A stretch of DNA of 64,000 nt. Origin: a virus (lineage: Duplodnaviria > Caudoviricetes). Below the pieces are notes generated by a model. That model searched no databases and had not been told where the DNA came from. It worked only from the letters and a program-made list of their open reading frames with translations. Positions within the stretch are counted from its first letter, which is position 1. Each line of letters begins with the position of its first letter. The stretch lies in IMG/VR virus record IMGVR_UViG_3300038345_000144; one strand, given 5' to 3'. Shown one piece after another: positions 38,153 to 48,705 of the stretch. The translations under genes and the position numbers were made by a program.

Positions 38153-38278
38153 CTCTTTCTTTGTGATGATTTTATTATACCAATAGCGTTATGATTTTGT
38201 AAAGTATATAAATAAGAAAAAACAAAAAAGATAGGACATAAAGCCCTACCTTCCTTGTAATAAAAGCGATTGTGTAAA

Positions 38279-38665
38279 TTACTTGTTAGCCTTCTTGCCT
38301 CTGTTCTTCTTTGCTTCGACAAACTCTGTATAGAAATCTTCCATTCTACGCTTTCTCTTGTTGATTGTCTTGGCTCTCATAGTAAGATTGTGGCAGTAGT
38401 CGTCAAGTTCTTCCTTGCTGGTGATGACATAGTAACCGTTCCTATCTGCCGCCAGAGGCATATGGTACAGATAAGCACATTCCTTAATCATCTTTCTGAC
38501 TATCTGATGTGTGTCATCTTCGTCAATCTCAAGGAGTATGGCAATCTCGCCTGAAGTGATACCGTGGTCTCTGCCCTTATGTGCAAGAAGAATTGACTTC
38601 AGTGCCTTCATTTCAGGGCTTGCCTTCTTTGTTTCTACTAATCTCATAGATTTGAAATCCTCCAT
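38279..38665 (-). CDS. Winged-helix DNA-binding protein
   Basis: HKGRDHGITSGEIA..L......VRKMI...P......GYY. Confidence 0.6.
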   Translation of the reverse strand: MEDFKSMRLVETKKASPEMKALKSILLAHKGRDHGITSGEIAILLEIDEDDTHQIVRKMIKECAYLYHMPLAADRNGYYVITSKEELDDYCHNLTMRAKTINKRKRRMEDFYTEFVEAKKNRGKKANK

Positions 38666-38765
38666 TTTCAATAGGGTTTCGTAACTTGGTTACAGAACTA
38701 CGATAGCACAATAAATAAAATGTGTCAAGGGTTTTACCAATAAAAATAGTGCCATTTCTGACACT

Positions 38766-38809
38766 ACTTCAATTTACTTCAAAGTCAACTTCAAAGTCAA
38801 CTTCAAAGT
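38766..38809. repeat. ACTTCAA(AGT) phased repeats
   Basis: Copies at 38766, 38776, 38788, 38800. Confidence 0.8.
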
Positions 38810-38836
38810 TGTTTGTAAAGTTCTTTACCTATAAGT

Positions 38837-40807
38837 TTAGGGGTCAAACTGTTCCATTCTCTTAACTAATCTAACTGGGTGCTTACTGGTAAAGGTACAA
38901 TAAGTCTGCATCTGAAGGTCAAACGCATTTACTGGCTGTTTAACGGCATCAGGTATTGCCTGTCTTAACTTGATATAGCGATTACCATTACCTAACGCAA
39001 ACACGGCTCCCATAGGGATTACATTGAAATCTACTGATAAATCTGTCATATTACTTCTGCTTAATAATGATTACTGGAAGTTCCTGTTGGTCTAACTGCT
39101 CGGTTTCTATTGCCATTAACTTACCATAGGTATCAAAATATCTCTTACTATATTCCGTGGTAATTTCAACAGAGCCAATATCGGAAAAGACCGTTGTGGT
39201 GTCAAAAATATGTTCAAGACACTCATAACTTTCGCCTGGTTTTATTTCTTCGTGGTCAATAACAATTTTTACTTCCGTCTGGTTCTTTATAATCATTATT
39301 CTTCTCCTTTCTCATTTTCAAGGTCTGTTTTTAAGATTAAATCACCACATACCTTGCACTTTAGGTAGTGCTGGGCATATGGACCATACGCTCTTTCATC
39401 TGGTTCAGCGTAAATATGATGACCACGCCTTTTACACATATTCTGTCTTGCTTTATATCCGTTCATATATGTATTATACCGCAAATTATTCAAAATACTC
39501 TGCAAAAAGCCCACTATGTAGTGTTCTTGCGGTATGCTTGGTCGCTGTTTCCATAAAACGCTTTACATTAGCAGGTACAGTTTCAGGCTTTCTATATGAC
39601 TTACATCTATATCCTGCTTGGTCTTCATATCCGACACTACAATCATAAACTGACTTGTCGGGGTTATAAGTTACGCCTACTGACTTAATTTCAATCATTC
39701 GTCAATCCTTTTTCTTTTATAAGCACTCGTCTTACGGAGTTCTTTATATTCTTCTTTAGTAATCATAACAGCCTGAAGTACAAAGTTGTTGTGTTTAACA
39801 CTCGGCATCTTCTTCGCAATAGAAATCGCACTTAATATATCTTTTGCTTTAATAGCAAAAGTAATGGGTTGATAACGACCCGTGCCACAATGTCCTTGTT
39901 TTGCTGTTACTTTGAAATAAGGCATTTATCGGTTATACCAAATAACAAATGGGTATTGTGCTATAAATTCCTTTGTAATATTTTTCCAGTCAATATCATA
40001 ATCCCATACGGACTTATCGGTTTCAAATTTACCGTCGTGTAATCTACCGTTTCCGTCATATTCAATAAAACAGCCTTCCTTAACATATCTTTGGAATTCC
40101 CTTGTGGTAAATACATCACCAATAGGGGTGACGGCTTGTACTTCCTTTTTAGCCTGTGTGGGAATATTCTCCCAAGCCAAGTTTTCATCTTCATTGGCTT
40201 TAATCAACTGATTTTTAACCTTATTAAACTCTCGCTTGATTTCTAAAAATCTGGACATATCTGCTCTGGCTTCTGGAGAGTGCATTTCTTCCATTAAGCG
40301 TAAACAGGTTTGTTCCAATTCTTCTCTATCTTTCTTAAAAAGTGTATATGCTTTTAGAGCCTCGTTAATCAAGGCAAGTCTTTCTTCGGCTTTTGTCATA
40401 TCAAATACTCCGTTTCTGAATTATTGCTTACGGTTATTTAGTAATTCTTGACGCTTTTCTTCACTAATAGGTGTATATTGAGGCTTAAACGGAATTGCCT
40501 TATCTATTGCAACACCAATCATACAAACCAAAGCACCACCAATGCACATCAAAAACATTTTTTCATCGTACAATGCGGGCTTGAGAATATAAGAAATACC
40601 GCCTGCTCCTAAACAAGATATAGCAACAATAGTTAAAAATACCTGAATAGGAATAGGCTTATCACTTAATGAGCGTATTATAATGCACCGTCTATGTTCG
40701 TCTCGTTCCATTTGAGCCAAAGAGTTAACCTCGGCTACATATTGATTAACGGCATTTTGTTCTCTGTTTAATTTATGTCTTTTGAAAAATTCTTTTAACT
40801 TACCCAT
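38837..40807 (-). other. Run of seven small hypothetical genes (38837-39049, 39051-39296, 39296-39514, 39486-39698, 39695-39925, 39926-40399, 40421-40807)
   Basis: Abutting or overlapping ORFs with SDs; the last has 2 TMs. Confidence 0.6.
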
Positions 40808-40813
40808 ATTTCA

Positions 40814-41926
40814 TTACTCCTGTACGGTTGTTTTGTTATCCGAAGTATAAATCTTTTCAAATGGCAGTCTCTTAATAGCAACATCACCAGTCTTGGTCAT
40901 AATCAAGCCGTCTGTATAGTTGGTATGTGTAACCAAGATATGAGGCTCAAGATTAGGGCAATCAGCCTTAATACGCTTAACCAAATCATCAACAGAGTCA
41001 AATCTGCCATAACGAATAGACTCCTGCCACTGGTTGTGAACATTTGTTTCGTCGATAGGACCGTAGAATGTGTCCTCAACGAAATTACCTCTGCCGTGTC
41101 GTGTAAGATAAGGGCGAGTTACATAGATAGCCTCGTCCAGTGTCTTACCATACTTCTTCAGACAGGCATTTACATTATAAAGACCTGTCTTGGACGGAGT
41201 TCCGTGAACCATATCAAAGTCTCCGTCAATAAGTAATCCCTGACCGTTCTCAAAGATGATGTTATCATACTTATCAAAGAGTTCGCCCAAATCAACGATA
41301 CGCACCTTTTCGACATTGTTCTTAATCTCTACTACATAGTTAAAGATTGTAGCACTGTCCAAGAGCATATCCTTATACATACTATCGCTGTTGCGATACT
41401 TCTGGGCATACTTTAACAACTTTGGAATACTATACTTTTGTCTGATGTCTTTCAAAAGGAAGAACAATTGTTCTATTGAGAGTTTCTGAACCTGCTCTAT
41501 GGTAACGCCAAAACCAGCGTTATTACGGTATACGCACTCCCAAATACCCATACCACAACTTCCTGCTTTGTCCTGTGTTTCCTTAAAGCAATTAAGAAAA
41601 ACATCGTCAATCAGTGTGATTTTAGTATTTTTGTCACAAAAGATTACTGGTGCTATCCCAGTGAGTTTCTGGAAGTCTCCGTATTCTTTACCAAGAGTGT
41701 ATAGGTCAGGGTGATATGTGTCTGCCCAATAGGTATCAGCACCGTTGAAAGAGCCAGAGGATAATTCGTGAAATACGAACTTCTTGTCTCCGATTTCAAC
41801 AGTATGCCCTGATTGAGCACCGCCATTATGTCTGATTACTAAATTCTTTCCCTCTTGGCTAAAGTGGTTTACGGCAAGTCCTTTACCTTCATCACCGAAA
41901 TTAGCACCAATAATCGCCTTTATCAT
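40814..41926 (-). CDS. purA: Divergent adenylosuccinate synthetase-like protein
   Basis: GANFGDEGKG, RHNGGAQSGHT, FENGQGLLID, TPSKTG, YLTRHGRG. Confidence 0.8.
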   Translation of the reverse strand: MIKAIIGANFGDEGKGLAVNHFSQEGKNLVIRHNGGAQSGHTVEIGDKKFVFHELSSGSFNGADTYWADTYHPDLYTLGKEYGDFQKLTGIAPVIFCDKNTKITLIDDVFLNCFKETQDKAGSCGMGIWECVYRNNAGFGVTIEQVQKLSIEQLFFLLKDIRQKYSIPKLLKYAQKYRNSDSMYKDMLLDSATIFNYVVEIKNNVEKVRIVDLGELFDKYDNIIFENGQGLLIDGDFDMVHGTPSKTGLYNVNACLKKYGKTLDEAIYVTRPYLTRHGRGNFVEDTFYGPIDETNVHNQWQESIRYGRFDSVDDLVKRIKADCPNLEPHILVTHTNYTDGLIMTKTGDVAIKRLPFEKIYTSDNKTTVQE

Positions 41927-42807
41927 ACTTCTATAACGCTTCCGTAGTTATCGAACTGAACATTCTTAATTGCACTGTTGACAATTCTCTGAACAGACGG
42001 GTCCAAATCACCAAGAATGTCCGTAGGGTTCTTACCCAAAACCTTACAAATAACTGTAATGATGACTTCAGGGAGATACTTTACAGATGTCTGGTCAATA
42101 GCAAGTGTCCTACCAGGAACCTGACTATGATTGTTCTGATAACCGTCAATGTTGATATGGAAAAGGTGGTACTTCTCTTCACAGAGTTTTCTTGCTTCAG
42201 ATGTTGGCATACTTTCACGATTTTCCTTAAATACCTTCTTGAATGTGTAGTCATAGATAGTATCGTGAACAGCCTCGTCACCGATAGTAAAAGCAAATCC
42301 CTTCTGATTTCTCTTCTTCATAGAGTCTGTATCTGTGTGCTTTGCAAGGAAATACCAGAACAACTGATAGTCCTCACCACCGTTACCATAACCGCCACCT
42401 TCAAGCCAGAGTTCCATTAACTGCTCGCCAATACGAATATCAGACTCGAACTGTGTAACCTGAAGTGGTGCGTCGTCCTTATAGTCGCCACAAGCGGCAA
42501 ACATCAACTGGGGGTCAGGAATAACCTGCGAAGCATACAACTTCTTCATAAGTTCGTCCAAACCGTTCTTAATAATCTCTGTTGGGAGATAACCCATAGA
42601 ACCTGTAACATCAAGTCCAATGGCGATAGGTGTAGAGTGCGGATGCTCGTCACTATCTCTGGACTCTCTAACTCCAATATACTTCGGGTCGAACTTCTCC
42701 AAGAGATTTCTATTCTTAAAGATTTCTCTTTCGTTAGAGTCGCTCTTAATCGCCCTCGATGCCTTCAACTTGTTCCAATCGCTGGATGTGTAACTTCCAC
42801 TGCCCAT
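41923..42807 (-). CDS. vWA-domain protein
   Basis: MIDAS DVTGSM; PLQVTQFESD; WLEGGGYGNGGE; FTIGDE. Confidence 0.85.
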   Translation of the reverse strand: MGSGSYTSSDWNKLKASRAIKSDSNEREIFKNRNLLEKFDPKYIGVRESRDSDEHPHSTPIAIGLDVTGSMGYLPTEIIKNGLDELMKKLYASQVIPDPQLMFAACGDYKDDAPLQVTQFESDIRIGEQLMELWLEGGGYGNGGEDYQLFWYFLAKHTDTDSMKKRNQKGFAFTIGDEAVHDTIYDYTFKKVFKENRESMPTSEARKLCEEKYHLFHINIDGYQNNHSQVPGRTLAIDQTSVKYLPEVIITVICKVLGKNPTDILGDLDPSVQRIVNSAIKNVQFDNYGSVIEV

Positions 42808-42828
42808 TTTTAATTACTCCTTTCGTTA

Positions 42829-43722
42829 TTAGTCTTCTGTAAATGGTACAAAATGGTGTCCATTATAACTTGACTGTAATATCTTATCCCACCAGTCAAA
42901 GTCATCATACGCCTCTAACATAGGCTTGCTTTCTATGAAAGTGATGACATCTTTCGGTGCTCTGTCTATATACATCAAGTCTTTGGCTATTTTTCGGGTT
43001 GCTGTTAGCAAACCGTTATCAAAATTAAAGAGAGGATTAACAAATTCCCAACCATCAAGGATATATACCTGATGGGTCTTGGGATTGATATACAAGTCAT
43101 ACTTATCTAACTCCCAAGTATCAATAGCATTATACTGGAAGAGGCAGGCAAAATTCTCCATACGAGAGATAATCCACGCAACCTGCTTCGGGTCTAACTT
43201 ATTGAAAAGTGCTAACGGATAAACATTTTCAGGCTTATCATATACCACCAGACATCTTCCGTCATCAAGTTCTATCATATGACTCAACAGAGGGAAGAAC
43301 ATAGCAAGTCCCTTAATATCGGCACTCGGATAGGAAAGTCCCTGAACCCTGTTGATTGCCTTATTAGCCACCTGACTATTCTTAAAGATGATGACAACCT
43401 TTGTACTACCAACATAAACCTCTTTTTCGTGATGCTCGTACTGGTAGTAATAACGGATATTGATGGGCTTATTCTTGCTCTCTACGGTCTTTGTAAGTTC
43501 GTTATTCCACTTATGGAGAACATCACCGTCAGAGTTAGCAAGGTCGTTAGCCAACTTATCCTTTACCAACATTTCGTCTCTTGTCTTGAGATACTCTTCA
43601 AAATCCTTATCATTCAGATAGATTTTGGAACCACAAAAGGGGCAGTTCATTTCACCCCTCGAATTGATACGATACTCTGCACCGCAGTTATCGCACCGAA
43701 TATTAAATAATTTGCTTTCCAT
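42829..43722 (-). CDS. Zn-ribbon + kinase-like fold protein
   Basis: CDNC/CPFC; VAWIISRM...LYINPKTHQVYILDGW resembles a degenerate kinase C-lobe. Confidence 0.5.
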   Translation of the reverse strand: MESKLFNIRCDNCGAEYRINSRGEMNCPFCGSKIYLNDKDFEEYLKTRDEMLVKDKLANDLANSDGDVLHKWNNELTKTVESKNKPINIRYYYQYEHHEKEVYVGSTKVVIIFKNSQVANKAINRVQGLSYPSADIKGLAMFFPLLSHMIELDDGRCLVVYDKPENVYPLALFNKLDPKQVAWIISRMENFACLFQYNAIDTWELDKYDLYINPKTHQVYILDGWEFVNPLFNFDNGLLTATRKIAKDLMYIDRAPKDVITFIESKPMLEAYDDFDWWDKILQSSYNGHHFVPFTED

Positions 43723-43801
43723 AGAACTCACCTTTCAGTTCTTTTAATAAATATATAATATCATAATATGAAAATACTTGTAAAGCGTAAAACCAACAAA
43801 A

Positions 43802-44530
43802 TTAGTCCTTTAGAAGTCTCATAACTTCATTTATTTTGGTCATAAGGCTCTGCCAACGGTCATCAATGTATGAGAAGTCTAATACTGAAGCCCTTGCAAA
43901 TTCATCAATTCCAATACAAGGAACAGAAAACTCATCATAAAAACAATCGTTAATATATGTTTGCAGAGAAATCTCATTTTCTGGATGTTTGTCTTTATTT
44001 ACAACAATTTTTAAGAGTCGGAAAGAATTTATTGCATTTTCACACGGAGGAACTTTGTGCTGTTCAAGTGCCTCTATCCCTGATAAATAAGGGAATAACT
44101 CGGTCATTTTATACTCCTGTGAGAACACGGAGGGAATACCATACACAGTAAGAATAAAATTATCAGGGTCAAAGACCTCAAAAATCTTTCTCATATCTTG
44201 CTTAACGGCTTCTAATTCTTTATGTGCTTTATTAGTTGCTATCCAAGAAATAGGAACACAAATACCTGATATAAGCAAAAAGCCTGCGGAGACATATACC
44301 CACCAATGGTTCCAAGTATCAGACAACACACCCGTGCATATCAACACAACGATTGCTATAAAACTAAAAAACAGAAAAGCCACGACTGTTTCTCCGTTAG
44401 AACCATAGTCCTCATTGGCTTTTATATAGCGTTCTTTATACTTTTCAATAATTTTGCCTTGTAAGACATCATTAAGTATATGAGTAACTTCTTTTGATGT
44501 TACTTGCGGTCTAATTATGGTATTTTGCAT
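43802..44530 (-). CDS. 2-TM membrane protein
   Basis: Two TMs; own promoter TTTACT-N18-TAATAT. Confidence 0.7.
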   Translation of the reverse strand: MQNTIIRPQVTSKEVTHILNDVLQGKIIEKYKERYIKANEDYGSNGETVVAFLFFSFIAIVVLICTGVLSDTWNHWWVYVSAGFLLISGICVPISWIATNKAHKELEAVKQDMRKIFEVFDPDNFILTVYGIPSVFSQEYKMTELFPYLSGIEALEQHKVPPCENAINSFRLLKIVVNKDKHPENEISLQTYINDCFYDEFSVPCIGIDEFARASVLDFSYIDDRWQSLMTKINEVMRLLKD

Positions 44531-44597
44531 ATAAGTTTATTCCTTTACCTTGTTAATATGAACATATTAACATAAACCTATTCAGTTAGTAAAGTTT

Positions 44598-45020
44598 TTA
44601 CGACTCATAATTTGTCCACTTATACTCGTCATAGGGAGCATACATATTCTGTTCTTGTTTAACTTTGCTGTAATATGAAGTATATACCCAGTATTGCTTG
44701 CCATACACCTCAATCATTTCAAGTTTAGGTTTGGTTGCATATTTGTTCAACTCTTCTGTTCTATACGCATTGTTATCAATAGCCAGTTTCTCAATGTTAT
44801 ATTTATCTGGGTCAAAGGTTAAATGGTGTAAAGAACTTGCTGTTATGACAATAAAAGCCGTAAGCACAAGAGCACTTACACCAAATCCTATTGTGGCTCC
44901 AACAATAGAACGATACCAACCAAACTCTAATCCTTCACCAACAAAGACAAGAGTAATACTAAAGAAAACAACGGCTAAAATACCACAAAAAATTAAAGAC
45001 AATATAATACCTGAATACAT
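44598..45020 (-). CDS. 2-TM protein, YxIEQMA family
   Basis: YNIEKLAIDNNA...WVY. Confidence 0.75.
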   Translation of the reverse strand: MYSGIILSLIFCGILAVVFFSITLVFVGEGLEFGWYRSIVGATIGFGVSALVLTAFIVITASSLHHLTFDPDKYNIEKLAIDNNAYRTEELNKYATKPKLEMIEVYGKQYWVYTSYYSKVKQEQNMYAPYDEYKWTNYES

Positions 45021-45023
45021 AAA

Positions 45024-45683
45024 TCACAACTCCTCAAAAAAGTGTATCGACTTAAGAGCCTCACACATCAGGTTGTCTTTTCCCCAGAAATAAAACGGTT
45101 CTTTAGCCGTATTCAAGTAATTGTTAAGGTGTTTTAGGTTACGCTTGACCCTGTTGCTTTGCTCAACAGTGTTTATTGTAGGAACAACCGCACAACCTAC
45201 GGCTACCAGTCCAACCAAGCACAGTCCCACGCCAATACCCCAAGTTGACACTTTTAAGATTTCGGCAATTATCAACAAGGCACAACCAACAAGAATGGAA
45301 AGAAAGAACAGACTAATAAGTACAAGACACGCAGTAGCCGTGTTATTTACCTTCTTACCACTGTCAGTAAGTATAAAATTTCTGGTTTCAGGACTATATT
45401 TGATGTCGTCGTTATCCCAAAAGGGCAAATATTTAGACACGATTATATCCGACTCAAAAGTTGAACCACAATTTCTACACTTGCCCGTATAATAGGTATG
45501 TGTGATGATGTCCGAATGGTCATACTCCTGCTTAATCTCAATTCCATTAGTAGCGTGGCAACACGGACATTCTGACACTTCATTTTTGACGCTTTTAATT
45601 CGCTCACCCAAGTAAGTTCTTATAAGCGTTTTCTTTGCCTCAATATCATTTCTCTCTTGTACGCCATTATGTGTTATCTTCAT
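45024..45683 (-). CDS. Zn-ribbon + 2-TM protein, paralog of 46649-47314
   Basis: MKITHN...K.LIR..LG...CPCCH...CRNC. Confidence 0.75.
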   Translation of the reverse strand: MKITHNGVQERNDIEAKKTLIRTYLGERIKSVKNEVSECPCCHATNGIEIKQEYDHSDIITHTYYTGKCRNCGSTFESDIIVSKYLPFWDNDDIKYSPETRNFILTDSGKKVNNTATACLVLISLFFLSILVGCALLIIAEILKVSTWGIGVGLCLVGLVAVGCAVVPTINTVEQSNRVKRNLKHLNNYLNTAKEPFYFWGKDNLMCEALKSIHFFEEL

Positions 45684-45693
45684 TTTTCCACTC

Positions 45694-46179
45694 TTATCCT
45701 TTACGAGATAAATAAATACTTTCAGTAGTATCATCTACATAAATACTGTAATCAGCAAAATGCACCTTATTGATTTCTACTTCTTCTCCATCAAGATAAA
45801 CGGAATATTCCATTTGTTTTTGAACTTTTTTAGTAACTTCCTTTGAATAAGCGTAATTCTGTTTATTCCACTCATCAAATTCGACCTCCCATTTATCATA
45901 TCTTATAGGATATTCCTTTTTCTCTTTAGATAGTTTATATCCATTAACGGCTCCAACAATAATACATATCACTGCTAATAAACCAAAAAAGGAACAACCT
46001 GCTAATCTTTCTACATCGTCTAATATAATACATAATAGTATTATCAAGAAAATCCAAAGAAGCGTAAAGCCTATGGCTATCATTAAAACCGTTAGATATT
46101 CAGGGCTATGGTCAATTGGTTCCCACGGTCCGTCTCTAAAGTCAGGTATTAAGTTTCTTAAAACATCTTCATTTGACAT
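45694..46179 (-). CDS. 2-TM protein, YLDGQEVD family
   Basis: VYLDGEEVEINKV....Y.I..DD....IYLS. Confidence 0.75.
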   Translation of the reverse strand: MSNEDVLRNLIPDFRDGPWEPIDHSPEYLTVLMIAIGFTLLWIFLIILLCIILDDVERLAGCSFFGLLAVICIIVGAVNGYKLSKEKKEYPIRYDKWEVEFDEWNKQNYAYSKEVTKKVQKQMEYSVYLDGEEVEINKVHFADYSIYVDDTTESIYLSRKG

Positions 46180-46183
46180 AGGA

Positions 46184-46645
46184 TTACCCCTTATCACTTA
46201 AATAAATTACCTGTTCATTATCGTTAATGACCACTTTGTAGTTAGAAATAAGTATCTTATTTATATCTACTTCCTGACCGTCTAAATAAACATTATAGGT
46301 TAATCTCTGTTGTGTAACTCGTTCTCTTTCGGCTTCAAATTTGGCTTTATCATCTTCGTAGGTAGCCATTTTAGCCGTATATTCGGGTAGATAGTTATTA
46401 TAGTTTGTCTTGATTGTATTGTAGGAGACTATCATATAAACACCGACTAATATGCCTACACAAGCCAAGACATAAAAAATACCTCCATCAGTAACACGCT
46501 CTACAAAAATTCCAACAGCAATACATAATATAGCACATATAAGTGTAACTATACCCATCGTTAATCTGTCTGGATTAGGTGTAACTGGTGCAGTCGGTTC
46601 TTCAAAGTAACCATAGAGTAGAATTAACCATTCGTAATTAGTCAT
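46184..46645 (-). CDS. 2-TM protein, YLDGQEVD family
   Basis: VYLDGQEVDINKI....Y.V.IND....IYLS. Confidence 0.75.
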   Translation of the reverse strand: MTNYEWLILLYGYFEEPTAPVTPNPDRLTMGIVTLICAILCIAVGIFVERVTDGGIFYVLACVGILVGVYMIVSYNTIKTNYNNYLPEYTAKMATYEDDKAKFEAERERVTQQRLTYNVYLDGQEVDINKILISNYKVVINDNEQVIYLSDKG

Positions 46646-46648
46646 TTT

Positions 46649-47314
46649 TTACTCCTCTATTGCTAAATCTACTCTTCTGCCATAGTCGAATTCATTAAGA
46701 GCAGAAACCAGATTTGCGTTCTTCTGCATAGAATAGAAGTGTGCAGGGTGATTTGTTTCTCTTTCGTTATACTCATCTACAATTTTCTGATAATAGTGCC
46801 AATTGTCAAAAATTGACCAACTATGAATACCAAGAAATATTGAAATAACAATAAAGAATATACTAATAATAGAAGAGCCAGCACTTAACCTGTTACCCAT
46901 TTCAAGTGTCTGGAAGGTCTGTGGTAAACAGAAGAATGTTACACAGGCAAGGGCAACAAAAACAAGGGTTACAATAAGAGCAAGAATACCCTTTGGAGCC
47001 TTATTAACATACTTATTGTCCTTATAAACAATGTTAGATGAATTATTAACTCCACAAGTGTAAATTGGAGAGGTCTTAAACTTGCTCTTACAGTCCTCAC
47101 AAGTACACTTAATATAGTAAGCATCAATCGCATAGGCATCATCGTCAACACGACCTGCTCCCATCTTGCGTGTAATATTCTTTGAGTGACAAATAGGACA
47201 AACCGAAGCCTCTGCTACTGCTGACTCATAACTATCTCCCAGTTCTTTTCTTATTAGGGATTTAGTTTCTGACATCTTCTGTTCTGCTTCTCTTGAATTG
47301 TATGTAATTTCCAT
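46649..47314 (-). CDS. Zn-ribbon + 2-TM protein
   Basis: MEITYN...K.LIR.ELG...CPICH...CEDC. Confidence 0.75.
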   Translation of the reverse strand: MEITYNSREAEQKMSETKSLIRKELGDSYESAVAEASVCPICHSKNITRKMGAGRVDDDAYAIDAYYIKCTCEDCKSKFKTSPIYTCGVNNSSNIVYKDNKYVNKAPKGILALIVTLVFVALACVTFFCLPQTFQTLEMGNRLSAGSSIISIFFIVISIFLGIHSWSIFDNWHYYQKIVDEYNERETNHPAHFYSMQKNANLVSALNEFDYGRRVDLAIEE

Positions 47315-47328
47315 TTTGTATCTCCTTT

Positions 47329-47739
47329 TCAATTAGTTTTTTCAATAGGGTCGTTATTTAGTAAATATTCTGGACGAGGTATCGGAGTTGGTGTGGGCGA
47401 AGGGGTTTCTACATAATAGTACCAATGCTTACTACCAAAAAAATCAACTTCGTGTACGCTCGGCAAATCCTTCATACTCTCTGGGCTGGCATATTGCATT
47501 TGTGCATTATAATCCTCTGCCAAGTGTTCTATATTATATTCATCGTTTGGATAGATAGTAATTTTGGTATTTAACACAAACACCCAAAAGACTATTGATA
47601 TAACGACCACAGCACCAACTGAATAAAGAGCAACTCGATTATCACTTATAATGGCACTTGCCAATGCTAATGAAAGTCCAAGCACCGTAATTAAAACACA
47701 ACCAAGTTCTACATAAGTGGTAATATATTCAACATTCAT
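47329..47739 (-). CDS. 2-TM protein, YxIEQMA family
   Basis: YNIEHLAEDYNA...WYYY. Confidence 0.75.
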   Translation of the reverse strand: MNVEYITTYVELGCVLITVLGLSLALASAIISDNRVALYSVGAVVVISIVFWVFVLNTKITIYPNDEYNIEHLAEDYNAQMQYASPESMKDLPSVHEVDFFGSKHWYYYVETPSPTPTPIPRPEYLLNNDPIEKTN

Positions 47740-47741
47740 TA

Positions 47742-48125
47742 TTATGTTGTTCCTTCCGTAGTTTCTATTCTATACTGTTCGACATCTTTTGGCTCGGACG
47801 GCAGTTCATAATAAGTCCACTGTTCCATCTTACCCAAAGTCATCTTTTCCACATACGCATAATATTGGTCTGATGTTTTGCGTTCTGCTTGGTGGTCTTT
47901 AGCCATTTGTTCAATATCGTAATCATACGCCAAGTAACGGGTTGTTTTTATTGAGCCACACATACCACACGCCACTATCAGTGCAATTAGGGAAAGAATT
48001 AACGCACCACGAACTATCCATAATCCGTCATCATAGACTACAAATGAGGTAAATAATCCTACAATCAGGCATAGTAAAAAGATAACAAAAATAGTTGCAA
48101 CTAATTTTATAATCATTACAGCCAT
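47742..48125 (-). CDS. 2-TM protein, YxIEQMA family
   Basis: YDIEQMAKDHQA...WTYY. Confidence 0.75.
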   Translation of the reverse strand: MAVMIIKLVATIFVIFLLCLIVGLFTSFVVYDDGLWIVRGALILSLIALIVACGMCGSIKTTRYLAYDYDIEQMAKDHQAERKTSDQYYAYVEKMTLGKMEQWTYYELPSEPKDVEQYRIETTEGTT

Positions 48126-48466
48126 CCTCGTCTCTGTGATAACATTACAGTATGATTATTTTCGTCATAAGACACTCTATAATGGTCAACATCAATGGTA
48201 TTAACATCAACTTCCTGACCGTCAAGATAGAAGGTATATTGCTCATTGATTGCCTTCTGTAAGCACAATGACTTACCTCCAAATATTAAACCAATTCCAC
48301 CAAATACCATTATTCCAGCAACAATGATTGGAAAAATGCCCTTGTCCAGTGATACCTTTCTAACGAGTGAAAAGATTAAAAGGGGGAAACCAAAAGCAAA
48401 TAAAAATACTCCAAAGTAACTTAAAAGGTTAAATGCTAACATAGTAAATAAAACGGTCCTTTCCAT
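48116..48466 (-). CDS. 2-TM protein, YLDGQEVD family
   Basis: FYLDGQEVDVNTI....Y.V.YDE...VMLS. Confidence 0.75.
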   Translation of the reverse strand: MERTVLFTMLAFNLLSYFGVFLFAFGFPLLIFSLVRKVSLDKGIFPIIVAGIMVFGGIGLIFGGKSLCLQKAINEQYTFYLDGQEVDVNTIDVDHYRVSYDENNHTVMLSQRRGWL

Positions 48467-48705
48467 ATAAATATAATAAGGTAATGTAATATAACCATAT
48501 CAGAAGTGCTACGAATTTGTAAAGAGGCAGGATTGAATTATACAATGAATATATAAAACGACCCCTTGAAATATCAATTATTTGACATAAAAAGCCTCCT
48601 CATAGTCGAGAAGGCTTATTTTCTTATACTTTTAGCAATTTACCTTGAGATAGTTTATACCGTCCCAAGTCTGTATTGATTTTGTTCGTGCTTTGGTGAT
48701 GTAAT

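Noticed and set aside
40814-41926. PurZ (2-aminoadenine DNA pathway)
   Set aside because: PurZ has Ser in place of the catalytic Asp (GSTGKG-type motif); this protein keeps GDEGKG, and no DatZ/MazZ-like neighbours are evident
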